The notes under the pieces: generated by a model
Database searches by the model: none
Told to the model about the DNA's origin: nothing
What the model saw: the letters and a program-made list of their open reading frames with translations, nothing else
In this document: piece after piece, positions 1 to 12,695 of the stretch
Numbering within the stretch: position 1 is the first letter of the stretch
Layout of the letters: the number at the start of each line of letters is the position of its first letter
Made by a program: the position numbers and the translations under genes
From: Gracilinanus agilis
Lineage: Eukaryota
Direction: 5' to 3'
Assembly: GCF_016433145.1 (NCBI RefSeq)
Contig: NC_058131.1
Coordinates: 593,338,549 to 593,402,548 of the forward strand
Length of the DNA stretch: 64,000 nt

Positions 1-144
1 ATTGCCTGAGGCCCAAAGAGTAAACAATTTACTTCTGTATTTCCAGTGTCTTATAATTATTAAATTGAAAGACAGAAAAACTCAAAGATTTCAGAGATGG
101 GGGTCTTCATACCAAATAATTTATCACTGAAAAGAGAGGGGGAA

Positions 145-329
145 NNNNNNNNNNNNNNNNNNNNNNNNNNNNNNNNNNNNNNNNNNNNNNNNNNNNNNNN
201 NNNNNNNNNNNNNNNNNNNNNNNNNNNNNNNNNNNNNNNNNNNNNNNNNNNNNNNNNNNNNNNNNNNNNNNNNNNNNNNNNNNNNNNNNNNNNNNNNNNN
301 NNNNNNNNNNNNNNNNNNNNNNNNNNNNN
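145..329. other. assembly gap (N run)
   Basis: 185 Ns; overlapping ORF-track entries are X-filled artefacts. Confidence 0.99.
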
Positions 330-408
330 GACATTTTCCAAGAGTCTATTGTGTACATTCAGCATACATTGTTGGTCTCTAAACAATATAAGTGCTAATC
401 TGTTGGGA

Positions 409-598
409 TTTTTTACCCTTATCTTCTGTTTTAGAATTAATACTATATATTGGTTCTGGCAGAAAAGTGGTAAGAGCTAGGCAATGGGGGTGAAGTGACT
501 TGCCCAGAGTCACACAGGAAGTATCTGAGGCCATGTTTGAATTCAGGTCCTCTCAACTCCAGGCCTGGCTCTAGATCCACTGAACCACCTAGCTGTCC
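409..598 (-). mobile_element. SINE1_Mdo-like SINE
   Basis: Reverse-strand match to the element at 61867-62049 (gtggtaagagctaggcaatgggggtgaagtgacttgcccagagtcacacag...ccacctagctgtcc) with a T-tail. Confidence 0.9.
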
Positions 599-989
599 AT
601 GTTGTAAGTTCTGATCTTAATATCCTCAGGTCAGATGAGCTTTAAAGCAGTACTCTGAATCCTCTTTCTAGATTTCCATGTATGTAGCTCACTCCAGAAA
701 GGCATTTCCACAGATAGCCCATTCCAACATGGATCCCTATCTTCTTTAATCTCAGGAAGTTCTTTTTGATGAGATTGTTTCCTAGAAGCTGATCTAAATT
801 TATACCAACTTCAATGGCTATAATTCTTTCAAGGCAAGTTCACTCCCTTTCTGGTTGTTCTCATTTCACATGTATCTGAAAAGGGGAGAGAGTCACACCT
901 CTCCTGGGACTTAATCTTCCGGCCAAGAAATCCAGCTGTAGCTAAAAATGTAAATTTGCTTTTTTAAAGAAAAACAACTTTTTTTCCTA

Positions 990-1085
990 ATCATAGGACC
1001 ATAGATTTAGAGCAAGAAGTCTTAGAAGATAGCCAATTCAGCTCTGTCATTTTTCAGAAGAGAAAATTGAGACCAGGAGGTATGA
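990..1085 (-). mobile_element. MIR-type CORE-SINE fragment
   Basis: tcataggaccatagatttagag...cattttcagaagagaaaattgagacc, a degenerate CORE motif. Confidence 0.6.
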
Positions 1086-1460
1086 GATATACAAAACCGT
1101 GTTAACCCTCTCCCAAAATTATCCACCTAAGTAGGTGGCAATATTCTAAGTATCATCAAGACTCTCAAATCTTTTACTACTCATTCCTCACAAAAGTATG
1201 TCCCCATAGCTAAGTTAGAACTCTAGTCCCATGTTCTAAATAGTCTGCTATGCCTCCTGTAACATATTACTGAATTAATAACTATTTACTGGGTGCATAA
1301 TGCGCAAAGAACATCTCTCTTCATGAATAGAATGAAGAAGTGAAAGAGAAAGACAAAAAGAAATACATATGAAAGAATCTCCAAACTAGTTGGAATTTAC
1401 CAGCCTTATTTCAACCACTGAAACTTGAGAAGGCTTTCCATTTAGAATAAACCTCTTCAG

Positions 1461-2080
1461 CTTTAAAAGAATGCATACCCTTTGATCCAGCCATGTTATT
1501 ACTAAGTTTGTACCCCAAAGAGATAATAATGAAAAATGTTTGTACAAAAAATATTCATAGCCATGCTTTTTGTGGTAAAATGTAAATTTGCTTTTTTAAA
1601 GAAAAACAATTGGGGAATGGCTGAACAAATTGTGATATCTGATGGTGATAGAATATTATTGTACTGAAAGGACAGGAAAGACCTCCACGAACTGGTGCAG
1701 AGTGAAATGAGCAGAACCAGAAGAACATTGTACACAGAAAGTGAAACATTGTGGTAGGACTGAATGTAATGGACTTTGCTACTAGTAGCAATGCAATAAT
1801 TTAGGACAATCTTGAGGGACTTATGAGAAAGAACTCATAACTCCACATCCAGAGAAAGAACTGTGGGAGTAGAAATATAGAAATAAAACATGATTTGTCA
1901 CTTGTTTATGTGGGCATTGGTTTTTAAAAAGATTATTACTAAAATTAACAATTTCGAAATGGGTGTTGAGTGATAATACATGTATAACTCAATGGAATTG
2001 CTTGTCAGCTCTGGGAGGTGGGAGGGGAAAAGAGGAGGGAGAGAACAGGAATCATGTAACCTTGGAAAAATACCTAAATA
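1461..2080 (+). mobile_element. old L1 3' end (ORF2 C-terminus plus 3'UTR)
   Basis: cctttgatccagccat...tgtaccccaaagag...ggggaatggctgaacaaattgtg...gaatcatgtaacc parallels 20020-20660. Confidence 0.9.
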
Positions 2081-2149
2081 GTATAAACCTCTTCCCTTAG
2101 AATTTAGAGCATTGGACTATTAAGCAAGGGGACATAAGTTCTAGTTATT

Positions 2150-3090
2150 GACAAGCCTTTATAAATGTTTATTACTGCAGGCCTAGTGCAAGACAATGGG
2201 GACAACAAGGCAAAAATGAAATGATGCCTGCCTTCAAGAAGCTTACATTCTTTTTCAAAAAATAAAAGGTACCTATATAGGTCAGATAAAAATCATCCAC
2301 GAAGAAAACAGACTAGCAAGTCAGGGAGGTAGGGGAATAAGTAGTGGGTCTCTAAGAGAAGGGGACATAGACAAGATATTTTTTAGAAGAAGAAATAAGA
2401 TTTGACAAGTGTTTGGATATGCAAGTTCAGTGAGAGTGAAGTCCAGTATTAACAGTATGGTTGTAAAGAATGATGGTTCCCTCAACAGAAACTGGGTAGT
2501 TCTGACAAGGGATGAGTTTGGGAGAGAAAGATAATGAGTTCTGGTTTTTGTCACATTGAATTTGACAGGTCTCCAAGACTTCCCATTGGAAATTTTTTAC
2601 AGGAAGTTGCATATGTAAGACTAGAGTTAAGGAGAGAATTGAGGATTACATATAGATGTCTAGGTATAATATGCATAGAAATGATCATTTAACCCATGAG
2701 AGTTGATGTGAAAGTAAACATGGAAAATATATATACCAAGTGAGAGCATAGAGAGAAAAGAGAAGACTCAGTCAGAACCATGGGATTATTTCTAACCCAC
2801 ATTTAGAAAGTAGAACATGAAAAAGGATTCAGCAAAGGAGGTTCAGGAACACTCAAAGTAGAACCACAAGAGAGTAACTTCAAAAAAAACCCACAGAGGA
2901 GAAAATATCCAGAATAAAAGGGTGGTTGATAGTAAGAAATGCTGCAGCATAACTAAGTATGAAATGTTATAAAGTGATCAAGAAAGATAAAGTTTGGGGG
3001 GGGGGAAGCCACTAGATTTGTCAATTAAGAGGACAACAGTAACATCAGAGAGAACTCTTTCAGTTGAGAATTGGAAACCAGATTGCATAG
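2150..3090 (-). mobile_element. L2 LINE fragments
   Basis: L2 3' motif tgcctgccttcaagaagcttacattct and purine-rich antisense L2 body (gataatgagttctggtttttgtcacattgaatttg). Confidence 0.7.
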
Positions 3091-3094
3091 TGTT

Positions 3095-3424
3095 TCTAGT
3101 TCTAGATCTGCACTAATTAGTGGTATGATTTTGAGCAAATTACTGAACCTCTCTGAAATTCAGTTTCCTCATCATTAAAATGAGAATAACTGTACCTACA
3201 AGTGTATCAAATTAAATAATATAAATAAATGATCTTTGCAAAGAATAGATTGTTATAGAGGCAAAGCAGATAGAACCCTAAAGTTGGAGTCAGAAAAACC
3301 TAAGTTCAAATGCTGCTTTGAACACTAACTGTGCAACCCTGGGTAAGTGGCTTAACCTCCCTCAGCCTCTGTTTCCTCATCAGTAAAATGTGATAACAAT
3401 AGCACCCTCTCACAAGATTATTGT
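3095..3424 (+). mobile_element. two MIR/MAR1 CORE-SINE fragments
   Basis: CORE motif cctctctgaaattcagtttcctcatcattaaaatgag and cctcagcctctgtttcctcatcagtaaaatg. Confidence 0.8.
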
Positions 3425-3577
3425 NNNNNNNNNNNNNNNNNNNNNNNNNNNNNNNNNNNNNNNNNNNNNNNNNNNNNNNNNNNNNNNNNNNNNNNNNNNN
3501 NNNNNNNNNNNNNNNNNNNNNNNNNNNNNNNNNNNNNNNNNNNNNNNNNNNNNNNNNNNNNNNNNNNNNNNNNNNNN
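3425..3577. other. assembly gap (N run)
   Basis: 153 Ns. Confidence 0.99.
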
Positions 3578-3809
3578 AACATTTAAATCTGAAGCTTCCT
3601 GCAATCCTTACATTAGACAGAGTGAAGAAGAAAGTCCTTTGATAAAAAAGAAAAAAATTTAAAGGATTATATTTGCACAGGAAAAAAAAGCACGTACCAA
3701 AGAGAAAAGTCAGTTCATTATTACAGCAACATAAATGACAACTTCTTAATCCAAAACCAAATGATACACATTAGCAAAAGTTCTTAAGAATTCTGAAGAG
3801 ATGTTCCAA

Positions 3810-3993
3810 GTTCACCCTTTGTTTTGGAAAGGACAAATGACATCACAGGTTAATACATTGATTTGTACATGAATTGGATTTAAGTAAGGTAGAATTGCAT
3901 AAAGTAGTCAGCCTCACTCTCTCTTCCAGAGTTATCAAAGGCTAAGGACAAGACAAAAAAGAGGACAACTGGCAATGGCTCGGGATGCAGAGG
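3810..3993 (-). mobile_element. RTE-related SINE 3' fragment (WALLSI4-like)
   Basis: aatgacatcacag...gaattggatttaagt...gtcagcctcactctctcttccagagt; same family as 52795-53290. Confidence 0.75.
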
Positions 3994-4457
3994 AAAAATG
4001 AATTACATGCCATTATTCCCATAATAACTAATTATAGGACTTTTTTTCAACATAGCCACTTCAACCATTATGAACATAGAAATATATTATGTAATAATAC
4101 ATGCACAACCTACATCATATTACCTGCCATCCTAGAAAGATAGAAAGGGTAGAAGGGAGAGAAATAATATGGATCTCAAAATGTAAGGAAATGATTATTG
4201 AAAATTACAACAACATGTAATCTGGGGAAAAAATTTAAAACGTATTAAAAAAAAACCTAATGGCCATAATTAAGACTAGAGTTGGGAAAATGAACAGTTT
4301 TTTCAAGATGTACTTTATATTCAGTGAGCTGTAGGGTTTCATGATGAAGAAATAAAAAATATATGTCAGAATCTATTGAACTTAATCACATAAAACAAGC
4401 AACTACAGCAAAAGGGTATGTTATCTATTTAAAGTATTTTTAAAGATTAAAAAAAAT

Positions 4458-4638
4458 GGGGGCTCACTGAATAAAGAGTCAGACCTAGAGACAGGAGGTC
4501 CTCTGTTCAAATATGGCCTCAGATACTTCCTAGCTGTGTGACCCTGGGCAAGTCACTTAATCCTCATGGCCTAGCCCTTACTGCTCTTCTGCCTTGCAAC
4601 CAATACATAGTATCAATTCTAAGCAGTATTAAAAAAAA
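4458..4638 (+). mobile_element. SINE1_Mdo-like SINE
   Basis: B-box ggttcaaat-like, gtgaccctgggcaagtcactt, cccttactgctcttctgcc, A tail. Confidence 0.9.
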
Positions 4639-5797
4639 AGACAGTTGGAAAGCACTGAACATGGCAAATTCTGAATGATGTCACTAATGATGAAACTGAT
4701 CTTTCTACTGACATTTCCCATCTGTTGAGAAAGGAACTGGTTATTGATGGGGTTTAGTGGGGTGGGAATAGATCATATCAGAATTTGCTGACTATATGTA
4801 AACCATTTACTAGTCATTATAGATATCAAAATCAAGCTAGGGTAGAAAACCACATTTTAAACATTGGTAGTTCCTTTAAACAATCCAAAAACATTGAAAA
4901 GTGAATGGAAAAGGTCAAAAATAGTGGCCCTGATTGTCACCATCACCTGCAAAACCTTAACTGAAAGTAAAATAGTCATCATAACAGAGAAGCCAAAAGA
5001 GCCCAGGAATCACCTTAACAAAGTTGATCTCTTTGACAAGCAGAGAAATGGCCCATTCATAGGCATTTGAGTGATTTAAAATATAAACTAATTTCATTAT
5101 TGAAAATTACAAGTGGTGATGAAGAATATGACTTTACAAAATAGTAAAAAGTGTACAGAAAGTTTTACATAAGACCTAACTGACCTAACATTATTTTACC
5201 TTTTCAAAGATGAAGTTGGAAGGACAATAGATCAATAGAATATGGAACAAATTTGTCTATGCTTCTATAATTATCTGTAATGACAGAGAAAATACCACAT
5301 TTGAACTCTAACATCTTTGTGCCTCGTGTGGTGATTGACAAGGCAATTAAAAAGCATTTAAAACAAGACCAGGACAAACATTCTTTTGATATCTTCACTT
5401 CCAGGGGTTATCTTTTTAAATAATCCCTCATTGCTTTCCAGAAAAGATTTTTTTACTGCATTATCAGTAAGGTATGATTGGTCTTCTTTTGTTAGATAAG
5501 TCTTAAAGCCAGTTATAAGCTAAATTAATTTTTAAAAAAATTATTGTCCAGCCTAATGGACACTGTTGAATGCCCAGTTCATTGTTAGCACATCAGTAGA
5601 GTTACTGAAGGTAGAATCAAACAACGTACTGGATTGCATTTGGAAAACTACTCATTGCAAGCCTTTTCCCAATTTTTATGATACAAATGTTCTCTTGGGG
5701 AGTGTATGGTTGTGAAATTTAGAATATTGTGATCTCTGTAATATCAAGTTGCTTGTCACCCAATGGGCAACACATAATAGGTGAAAGAAGATTACTG

Positions 5798-5960
5798 TAT
5801 CAACCAATCAAGCAATCAATCAATAAACATGTATTAATCTCATACTATGTGCCAGAAACTGTTATTTCAAGGATAGAAGAAAAGGCAAGACAGTTCCTAC
5901 CATCAAGGAACTTACAGCCTAAAGGGGGAAGGCAACATAAAAATATATACAAATAAACTA
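5798..5960 (-). mobile_element. L2 3' end
   Basis: caatcaatcaataaacatgtattaa...ctatgtgccag...caaggaacttacagcctaa. Confidence 0.75.
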
Positions 5961-6065
5961 TAAATATGTGTCTAAAATGTATATGACACATAGATATATA
6001 TGTATACATTTCTATATATTATATACAGAATATATGAAAATGTATACATTATATTTGTGTCTATA

Positions 6066-6101
<36 letters not shown>
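5960..6101. repeat. TA-rich low complexity ending in (TG)n(TA)n
   Basis: Seen directly. Confidence 0.9.
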
Positions 6102-6454
6102 AAACAAAGAGATTGTACTAAACAATCTCTAAGGTTCCTTCCAGCTCTTATAAATGAACTCTATGACACTTAGTAATAATTATGGACATGGTCTCCCTCT
6201 TCTTTTTTTGGTGGCGATAGGGCAGATGAGAGGGGAGAATATGGGTATGGAACACTGGATATAATATTACACTTTGTGACATGTTGATTAGTTTTGCCGA
6301 AGTGGAATTTTTCTCTCTTTTATTCTTCATCATAAACAATCAGTCTCTGGAAGCAGGAGAGAGCAAGAATACATTGAGGAAAATCGATGACATGAAAATA
6401 AAAGATAGCAATATTTTTTAAAAATTAAGTGAGATATTTTTTTAAAAAATCATC

Positions 6455-6630
6455 ATACGCTTAGTTGACACAGAAGTTCAATGAGTGCAGCCTCCTCATT
6501 TTACAGATGAGGAAGTGGAAGCACAGAGGCAACGTAATATGTCTAAGAGTTACAGGGATAGTGCCAAGACAGGATTTGAATGCAATCTTCTTGATTTCAA
6601 GTCTAACACTATTCATTCCACTATACCTCC
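6455..6630 (-). mobile_element. MIR CORE-SINE
   Basis: ctcattttacagatgaggaagtggaagcacagagg. Confidence 0.85.
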
Positions 6631-7589
6631 TCTCAAAATAAAAAAAAATTGATTTTACAATTATAATCACCACCATCAATTTTCACCAAAAGTAATTAAT
6701 TCTCTAATATCAATTACTCATGTAGCCAAATAATGTATGTTGTAGAGTGCATACCATGTATATTAAAGATGCCCTGACTACTGCTATTGGTAGAGAGAAT
6801 AGGGTAAAAGAGAATCCCTCAGGTGGTCCTGGCACAAGATAGATCAGAATAAAGGCATTTTAAATTTGCCAAGAACCTTTTCATTAATCAGGAAGGGAAG
6901 TTAGAAGCTGAAAGATGATCAAACACTGTTATGGACCCAATCCAAGAATAGCAACCAGGATTCAACAGTTTTATTGCCACGATGCTCCAGGCAGCCCCTT
7001 AGAAACAAGAGTCTGAATTCCATGGGGATTCTTGATGTGAAGCCAAAATGGAACAGAATTGCCAGAAAGATGCCACCAACAGTGAAGCCTTAGACTTTTC
7101 TTAAATATGGGAAATATCCATCAAATTCATATGATCTTTTGCAACAATAAGTTTGCAAAGTGCTTTGGTATCTATGAATGATTCATCTATGGATGAAGGA
7201 AAGTTAACCCTTTCTGGGATTGCTTTAGGTTTGGGTGTAACCAAAAGTGTCTGGAAACACCAGTACTTGATGCCTATGGTTAAAATGCCAGATATCCTCA
7301 AAATGAGTTTTTGTTTAGACAAAAGAACTAATTTTGAGTATCCTCTGGTTTTCCTGTTATTTATCATTTGAGAATGACAGAACTTTTCTTTAATCCCATG
7401 CCTTCCTAAATGTGTGCAATTAATGGCCCAAAGAGCAATTATCTCCTCTTGGCTCTCCCCAAATGAAGATTGTTAGTGGGATGCCAAAGTTATCCTTAAC
7501 AGCAGGCCTGATGTCATTTACTGTCATCCCTAATGGTGAGAAAGTGTAAATATCCCAACAGTACTAAATCCAGGCAAATAGACAATGCA

Positions 7590-7745
7590 ACATTACTTTG
7601 GTTGAGGAAGACCTGACTCAGATACTCAACCACATAACCCTTGCACAAGTCATTTAGGCTATCTGAGCCTCAGTTGCCTCATGTGTATAAGGAGAAGGTT
7701 GGTCCCTATGACTTCTAAGTTCACTTCTGGATCTAAGCCTATGAA
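7590..7745 (+). mobile_element. MIR CORE-SINE
   Basis: ctgagcctcagttgcctcatgtgtataag...gacttctaagttcacttctgg. Confidence 0.75.
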
Positions 7746-8367
7746 GGTTGGGGAGTGTTTAATGAATATTGTGAGAATCAAGAAATTTCATGAAAAGGTT
7801 TCTGGAGAGTAAGTGATATCAAAAGGAGATTCGGTATGGAACCATGAAGAAAGTTTATCTAAGGATTTACTACTTATTTACATCCATGATGCCCAAACAG
7901 GGCTATGACAATAAAAGGGCAGAGAAAAGGAAATTCCCCTCCCTTGATAGAACCAAAGGCCTATAATGGCTAGCTTGAAATATGAGGGAAGAAGGGAAAC
8001 CTAGAAGACAGCCCCAAAAAGAATTAAGCCCTGAAAATGGGGAGAGCAATGAGAATTGAAGACCAGAAAGAAATATCAAATTTAATATATTTATATTATA
8101 TTATTATATTATATTTATATAAACATAAATATTTATAATGAATCTAAAATTCAACATTTCCCTACAGATAGAGGTATAGATGGCTTTATAGGGTATAGAT
8201 GACTTCCCTTCCACTTCCGCCATCCTTGCCATTAGTATTCATCTCTCTTCATTTTTAATATCTCTATTAACACTTTTAATGATATTTCTCATTTTTTAAG
8301 TCATTCTTTTTTAATTTCTTTTCCTGGCATGACTTAAGTATGGAAAAATGTTTTTTTTTAGATTAAC

Positions 8368-8563
8368 TAGGAGTCTTAACCTTTTAGGGGTGTCATAGAC
8401 TCCTTTGGCAGTCTAGTGAAGACTATGGAACACTTTTCAAAGTAATGTTTCTAAATTCACAAAATAAAATACATCAGATTACAGATGAAGCCATTTATAT
8501 TGGAACTGAGTTACTGAAATATTTTTACAAAAATAGTTCATGGATTCAGGTTAAGAACCCTTG
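8368..8563 (+). mobile_element. hAT-Charlie MITE (Charlie4z-like)
   Basis: Degenerate TIRs taggagtcttaacc / ggttaagaacccttg; body tttggcagtctagtgaagactatgg...aaaataaaatacat resembles recalled Charlie4 consensus; TSD eroded. Confidence 0.7.
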
Positions 8564-8899
8564 TTAAAAACATGTCTCTATCATATCATCAGTGTTCTTT
8601 CCATCACTGTTCAGTAGATCAATATTCCTTTTTACTGTAAGTTCTATAAGAGTAGGGACAGAATTCTATTGAAATCTGGTATGACCCTCAAGGCTCTGCA
8701 TAAAATGGATAGTTAATAGATGTTTGTTGATACAAAAACAAGTCTAATCAAGAAATCCTCATAGGCTTTAATTGAGGGGGAGGGTTGGAGGGGGAGACAT
8801 TACTAAGTTTTCGGGATGCTGGTTTTGGAAGGTGCCTATTAGCTGATTTTAGGTATATCTATAATCCTCTGGTAGTTTTTAGCCCTCTCTAAGAGCATG

Positions 8900-9430
8900 G
8901 TTAATGAATAGATTGCAACAGATTAAAAGGAAAGAAACATGTATGAGAAGTACAGAAAGATGGACCAGAAAAAGTGAATGGAACAAATAGAAAAGAAACA
9001 ATTAAGAGTCCTCGCACTGATTAGTACCCACACACAACACCAAGAGGATGTGAGAAAGACATTCAGAATGTTGAGTGGATTGCCTGGAGGACACAGACAA
9101 GCCTTGTGTGGGTTGGATGAGGATGGGTTCAAGCTCAGATTTTTGGAAGAAAAAAGGAAATAACTCAGAGGACATAGGGAGTCACTGAAGCTTCTTGAGA
9201 AGAAGATTATCAATTTCGCTGCTGTGTGAAGGATGGTTTGGAGAGGGGAATAGCTTGATATACCAATTAGGAGACTATAGTGTGGGTGAGAAATGAAGAG
9301 CTGAATTGGGGTAATTGTGTGAATGAGCAGAAAGAGAAGTGAAAGAGGTACTTGTGGAGTTACCATGATATGGCAACTGAATGATATGAAGGAAGAAGGA
9401 AGGGGAGGGAAGAGTCCCCAAAAAGGCACA
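8900..9430 (-). mobile_element. old L2 fragment
   Basis: Purine-rich antisense L2 body (ggagactatagtgtgggtgagaaatgaagagctgaatt); accounts for the 183-aa hydrophobic ORF 8923-9474. Confidence 0.6.
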
Positions 9431-10144
9431 GAGATGAGAGATGAAGCAATGTATATGAGGAAGGGCAATAGCATACATGGGAAGGAATTTTATATAAGAA
9501 GAGTGGAAATGCACAAAGGCACCATCTTGTGAGTTTTTTTTTAAACACTAGCATCAGGGAACACAGCTTAAATATTGTCCTGGCTTACAGATGCCACATT
9601 TTGGGAAGGACATTGTCCAGAGGTCATCAGCCAATGGTGAGTCCTAACAAACAGAGCAATTCAGAAATTGAAATGGGCTACCTTGAGAAGCTCCGGTTTC
9701 CCTCTAAATGGAAGACTTCCAACTGAGCTGGAAGGACCACTGGTCAAACATGTTATAGAGCAGAGACATATAAAGGTGCTACTAGATGGTCAGCCAAACC
9801 TCTTCAAACTCTGAAGGTTTTGTGATTTTGTAAAAGTTTGCCTTTAGGCAGCCTTAGCTTCTCCTGTCTTTATTCTTCCTTTGTCCTGTGTACTTTCTTC
9901 AAGCTTTGAAGCTCTATGATACCTTTCCCAACTTCTTCCTCCAAAACCCAAAGGTATTTAATGCTCTCAATTCTTTCTAGGCCAGTGTAGAGTCAGTTGT
10001 TCTACTGTCTTCTAAAACTGACCCTGCTCACACAGGCCAGTGAGAAATTGTAATTCTACATTTCACCAAGACAAGGCAAGGAATGATAAAGGTCTCTAAA
10101 GCTACTAGAATCAGAAAGAGAAAACTACAAAACTCGAATACCTT

Positions 10145-10345
10145 GGTTCATAGGATTATAGATTTGAAACTAAAAGATACCTTAAAAACCATTGAAGCCA
10201 ACCTCCACATCTTACAGATAAGGCAACTGAGGCACAGAGAAGTCTTAAATGGTTTGCCCAGGATCAAAGAGTAGTGAATATCTAAGGCAGGGTTTGAACC
10301 CTGGTCTTCCTGATTTCAAGTTCAAGGCCCTATTCCCCACCACTG
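10145..10345 (-). mobile_element. MIR CORE-SINE
   Basis: catcttacagataaggcaactgaggcacagagaagtcttaaatggtttgcccagg...ggtttgaaccc. Confidence 0.85.
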
Positions 10346-11279
10346 CATCCTCCAAAAAAAAGATGAAATAAAATAAAAACTAGTAAGATTTAAGAACTCT
10401 GCCTCTCAACCAATCAGCTGTGTCTTTTTGCTGTGTTCAGGTATAAAGTGAAGAGTTAATGAGTTAATAGTGTGAAGGTCTTTCCCCTTCTCCTTGTTGA
10501 CAGAGGAAGTCCAGCTGTGGCAAAGCTGGGTGCCTTGGACTGGGGGAGGAGCAAGGGACTGGCAAGGACTTAGAACATGTTGGCAGTTGAGTTGCAAGGG
10601 GCTTGTGTAGGCCCTTCCAAAGCCCAGCTTAATTCAGTACACCTGATTCATGTCCAGACAAGAGAGACAAGCATGAAATTCTGACTGGGAAAGAAATTAT
10701 CTGGCCTTGTCGTTTCTGACACATTGATTTGCAAGAAGTTAAATTTAAGAAAACTGACATTTCTAAAGGCCACCATATACCTAAAGTTCTTCTTTTTAAT
10801 GCCCCCCCCAAAGTCTTTCTACATATCTTTAAAACCCTGCATGGTGCACACAAGCAAAAAAGATCCTGGGTTTCCATTCTTTCTAATTATTTGCTCCTTC
10901 TTTTCATCCTAGTATAAGGAAAGATCATTTCACAATAATTACACAGTTACACACACAGCCTCCCATTTCAGGACCTTAAAGTTCTGTGTCTGTGAAGCTG
11001 AAGTAAACTAATAAAGACTGATAAGATCTCCATTTTACAAATGGAAAAGTTGAAAGGAACTCTTTGTTAGGCAATGCTATGTTAACCTAGTTTCAACTGC
11101 AATATATTGAAGCAATCCTCAAAGGCCCTTTACATGGGACCAGTCTATTAGAGAAAGCCAACTCAAACAGGTAGTCCCAGGAATTCCTCTCCTTCCTGAT
11201 ACACATTCTGGACATCCCTCCCCTTTTCCTTCTACCTATTGCTTCCTGCAACCATCTCGTTCCCACTTTATACCTTTTG

Positions 11280-11430
11280 TCATCATAGAGCTGGAAGGGA
11301 CCTTATAAGCCATTGTTACCTAATCCCTCGTTTTTACAGATGAGGAAAAGGAGAGTCATACATTTAATAAGTTTTTAACAATATTTGAACCCAGTTCTTT
11401 CTTACTTTAAGTCTAATTCCCTATGCATTA
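11280..11430 (-). mobile_element. MIR CORE-SINE
   Basis: gagctggaagggacctt...ttttacagatgaggaaa...tttgaacccag. Confidence 0.75.
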
Positions 11431-12457
11431 TGATTCTGCCTCTCTCATTCTGAGAAGTTACATCTCCACTAAGTATGATTTCCTAAAATTCATCTTTTTG
11501 TTTATTCACATTTTAGAGGGAAAACAATAATTTTGGAGCAATACTGCCAAGTTCCATCCTTCAACCCTATTACCTTGACTTATAGAGATCTCAAATTCTT
11601 CAAGTTGTGCCTTTTAAAAACTGTTTATTTATTTATTCTTTCCCTTCTGCAGTTTTCCTTCCATCTGGACTCATTCCTCATGAGAAAAATCAACCATTTT
11701 ATTAAGATTTTGTACTAACCATTTTAAACTATCAAGTATTATGTTTGTCATTTTCCATTCTTCCTAAACTGATTTTAATTTCATCTTTAAAAAAATAAGA
11801 GACTCCTTATTTCTCTTATCAACTTATAAAATAAACTTAAGCTTCTTAGAGCAAACCAGTTTTGCTTCTAGGAAAGCAAATCATATTATTTTCTTTTCTT
11901 CTGGGATCTTTAATCCATTAACATTGATTCATGGATTGGAACCTTTTAAAAATTATATTTACTCATTTCTTTAATCACTTTTCTTTTTTTCCTATGAAGT
12001 AGAATAGAAACTGAGCAAAATTGATTTGCATGAGAGTAGAAGCAGCTGAAAACAATTAGAATCTACTTTGTGCTTTTGTCCTCTTATTCTCTTCTGACAG
12101 ATTTTAGAAACCTCTCCTCAACCTATATTTTTGCTTCTTTATTCCTCCTTATTTGTTTCCCCAAAGACAGATATGTGGGAAAATTCCTTTTCCTTTTAAA
12201 GAACCTCCCTAGAAAACTAAGGGAGTGAGGATAAAACTCACAAAAAAGAAATCTGATAAAATATAGACATAAGGTTTGTGATCCTAATTTAGCTTTTATC
12301 TATTCATCAATCCAGTTGGCTAGCACACAGCCCTAGACTTTTCCTTGCCTCAACTTACCTCTGAGAACCATAGTCAGAATTTTTTAAGCCTTTATCATTT
12401 TCCCTATCCTTTAACTACTTTCTCTCCAAAAGAGGACTAGTGATGGAACTCTGCTTA

Positions 12458-12695
12458 GGAGGTAGCTAGGTGGATGGTTAGTATGGATAGAGCACAGAAC
12501 CTGGAGTCAATGAGACATTAGAATTCTGCCTTTGACAATTATTAGCTATGTGAGCACAGGAAAGTCATTGCCTCAGTTTCTTATCTGCAGATGGATATAA
12601 CAAAAGCATTTATAGCCCAAAGGTGATTTCAGGATAAAATGAGATAGTTTTAATGTTTTATAAACCTTAAGCCTATATAAATTATAGCTATTATG
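12458..12695 (+). mobile_element. MAR1/MIR CORE-SINE
   Basis: ggtagctaggtgg...gtatggatagagcacagaacctggagtca...gcctcagtttcttatctg. Confidence 0.8.

Noticed and set aside
5404-5470. Plus-strand exon-like segments (also 28820-28886)
   Set aside because: Plausible splice sites but isolated and unrecognisable. They show the chance background that limits confidence in all exon calls.
8923-9474. 183-aa hydrophobic ORF resembling a membrane protein
   Set aside because: It is the pyrimidine-rich strand of a decayed L2; the F/L/S/I bias is compositional.
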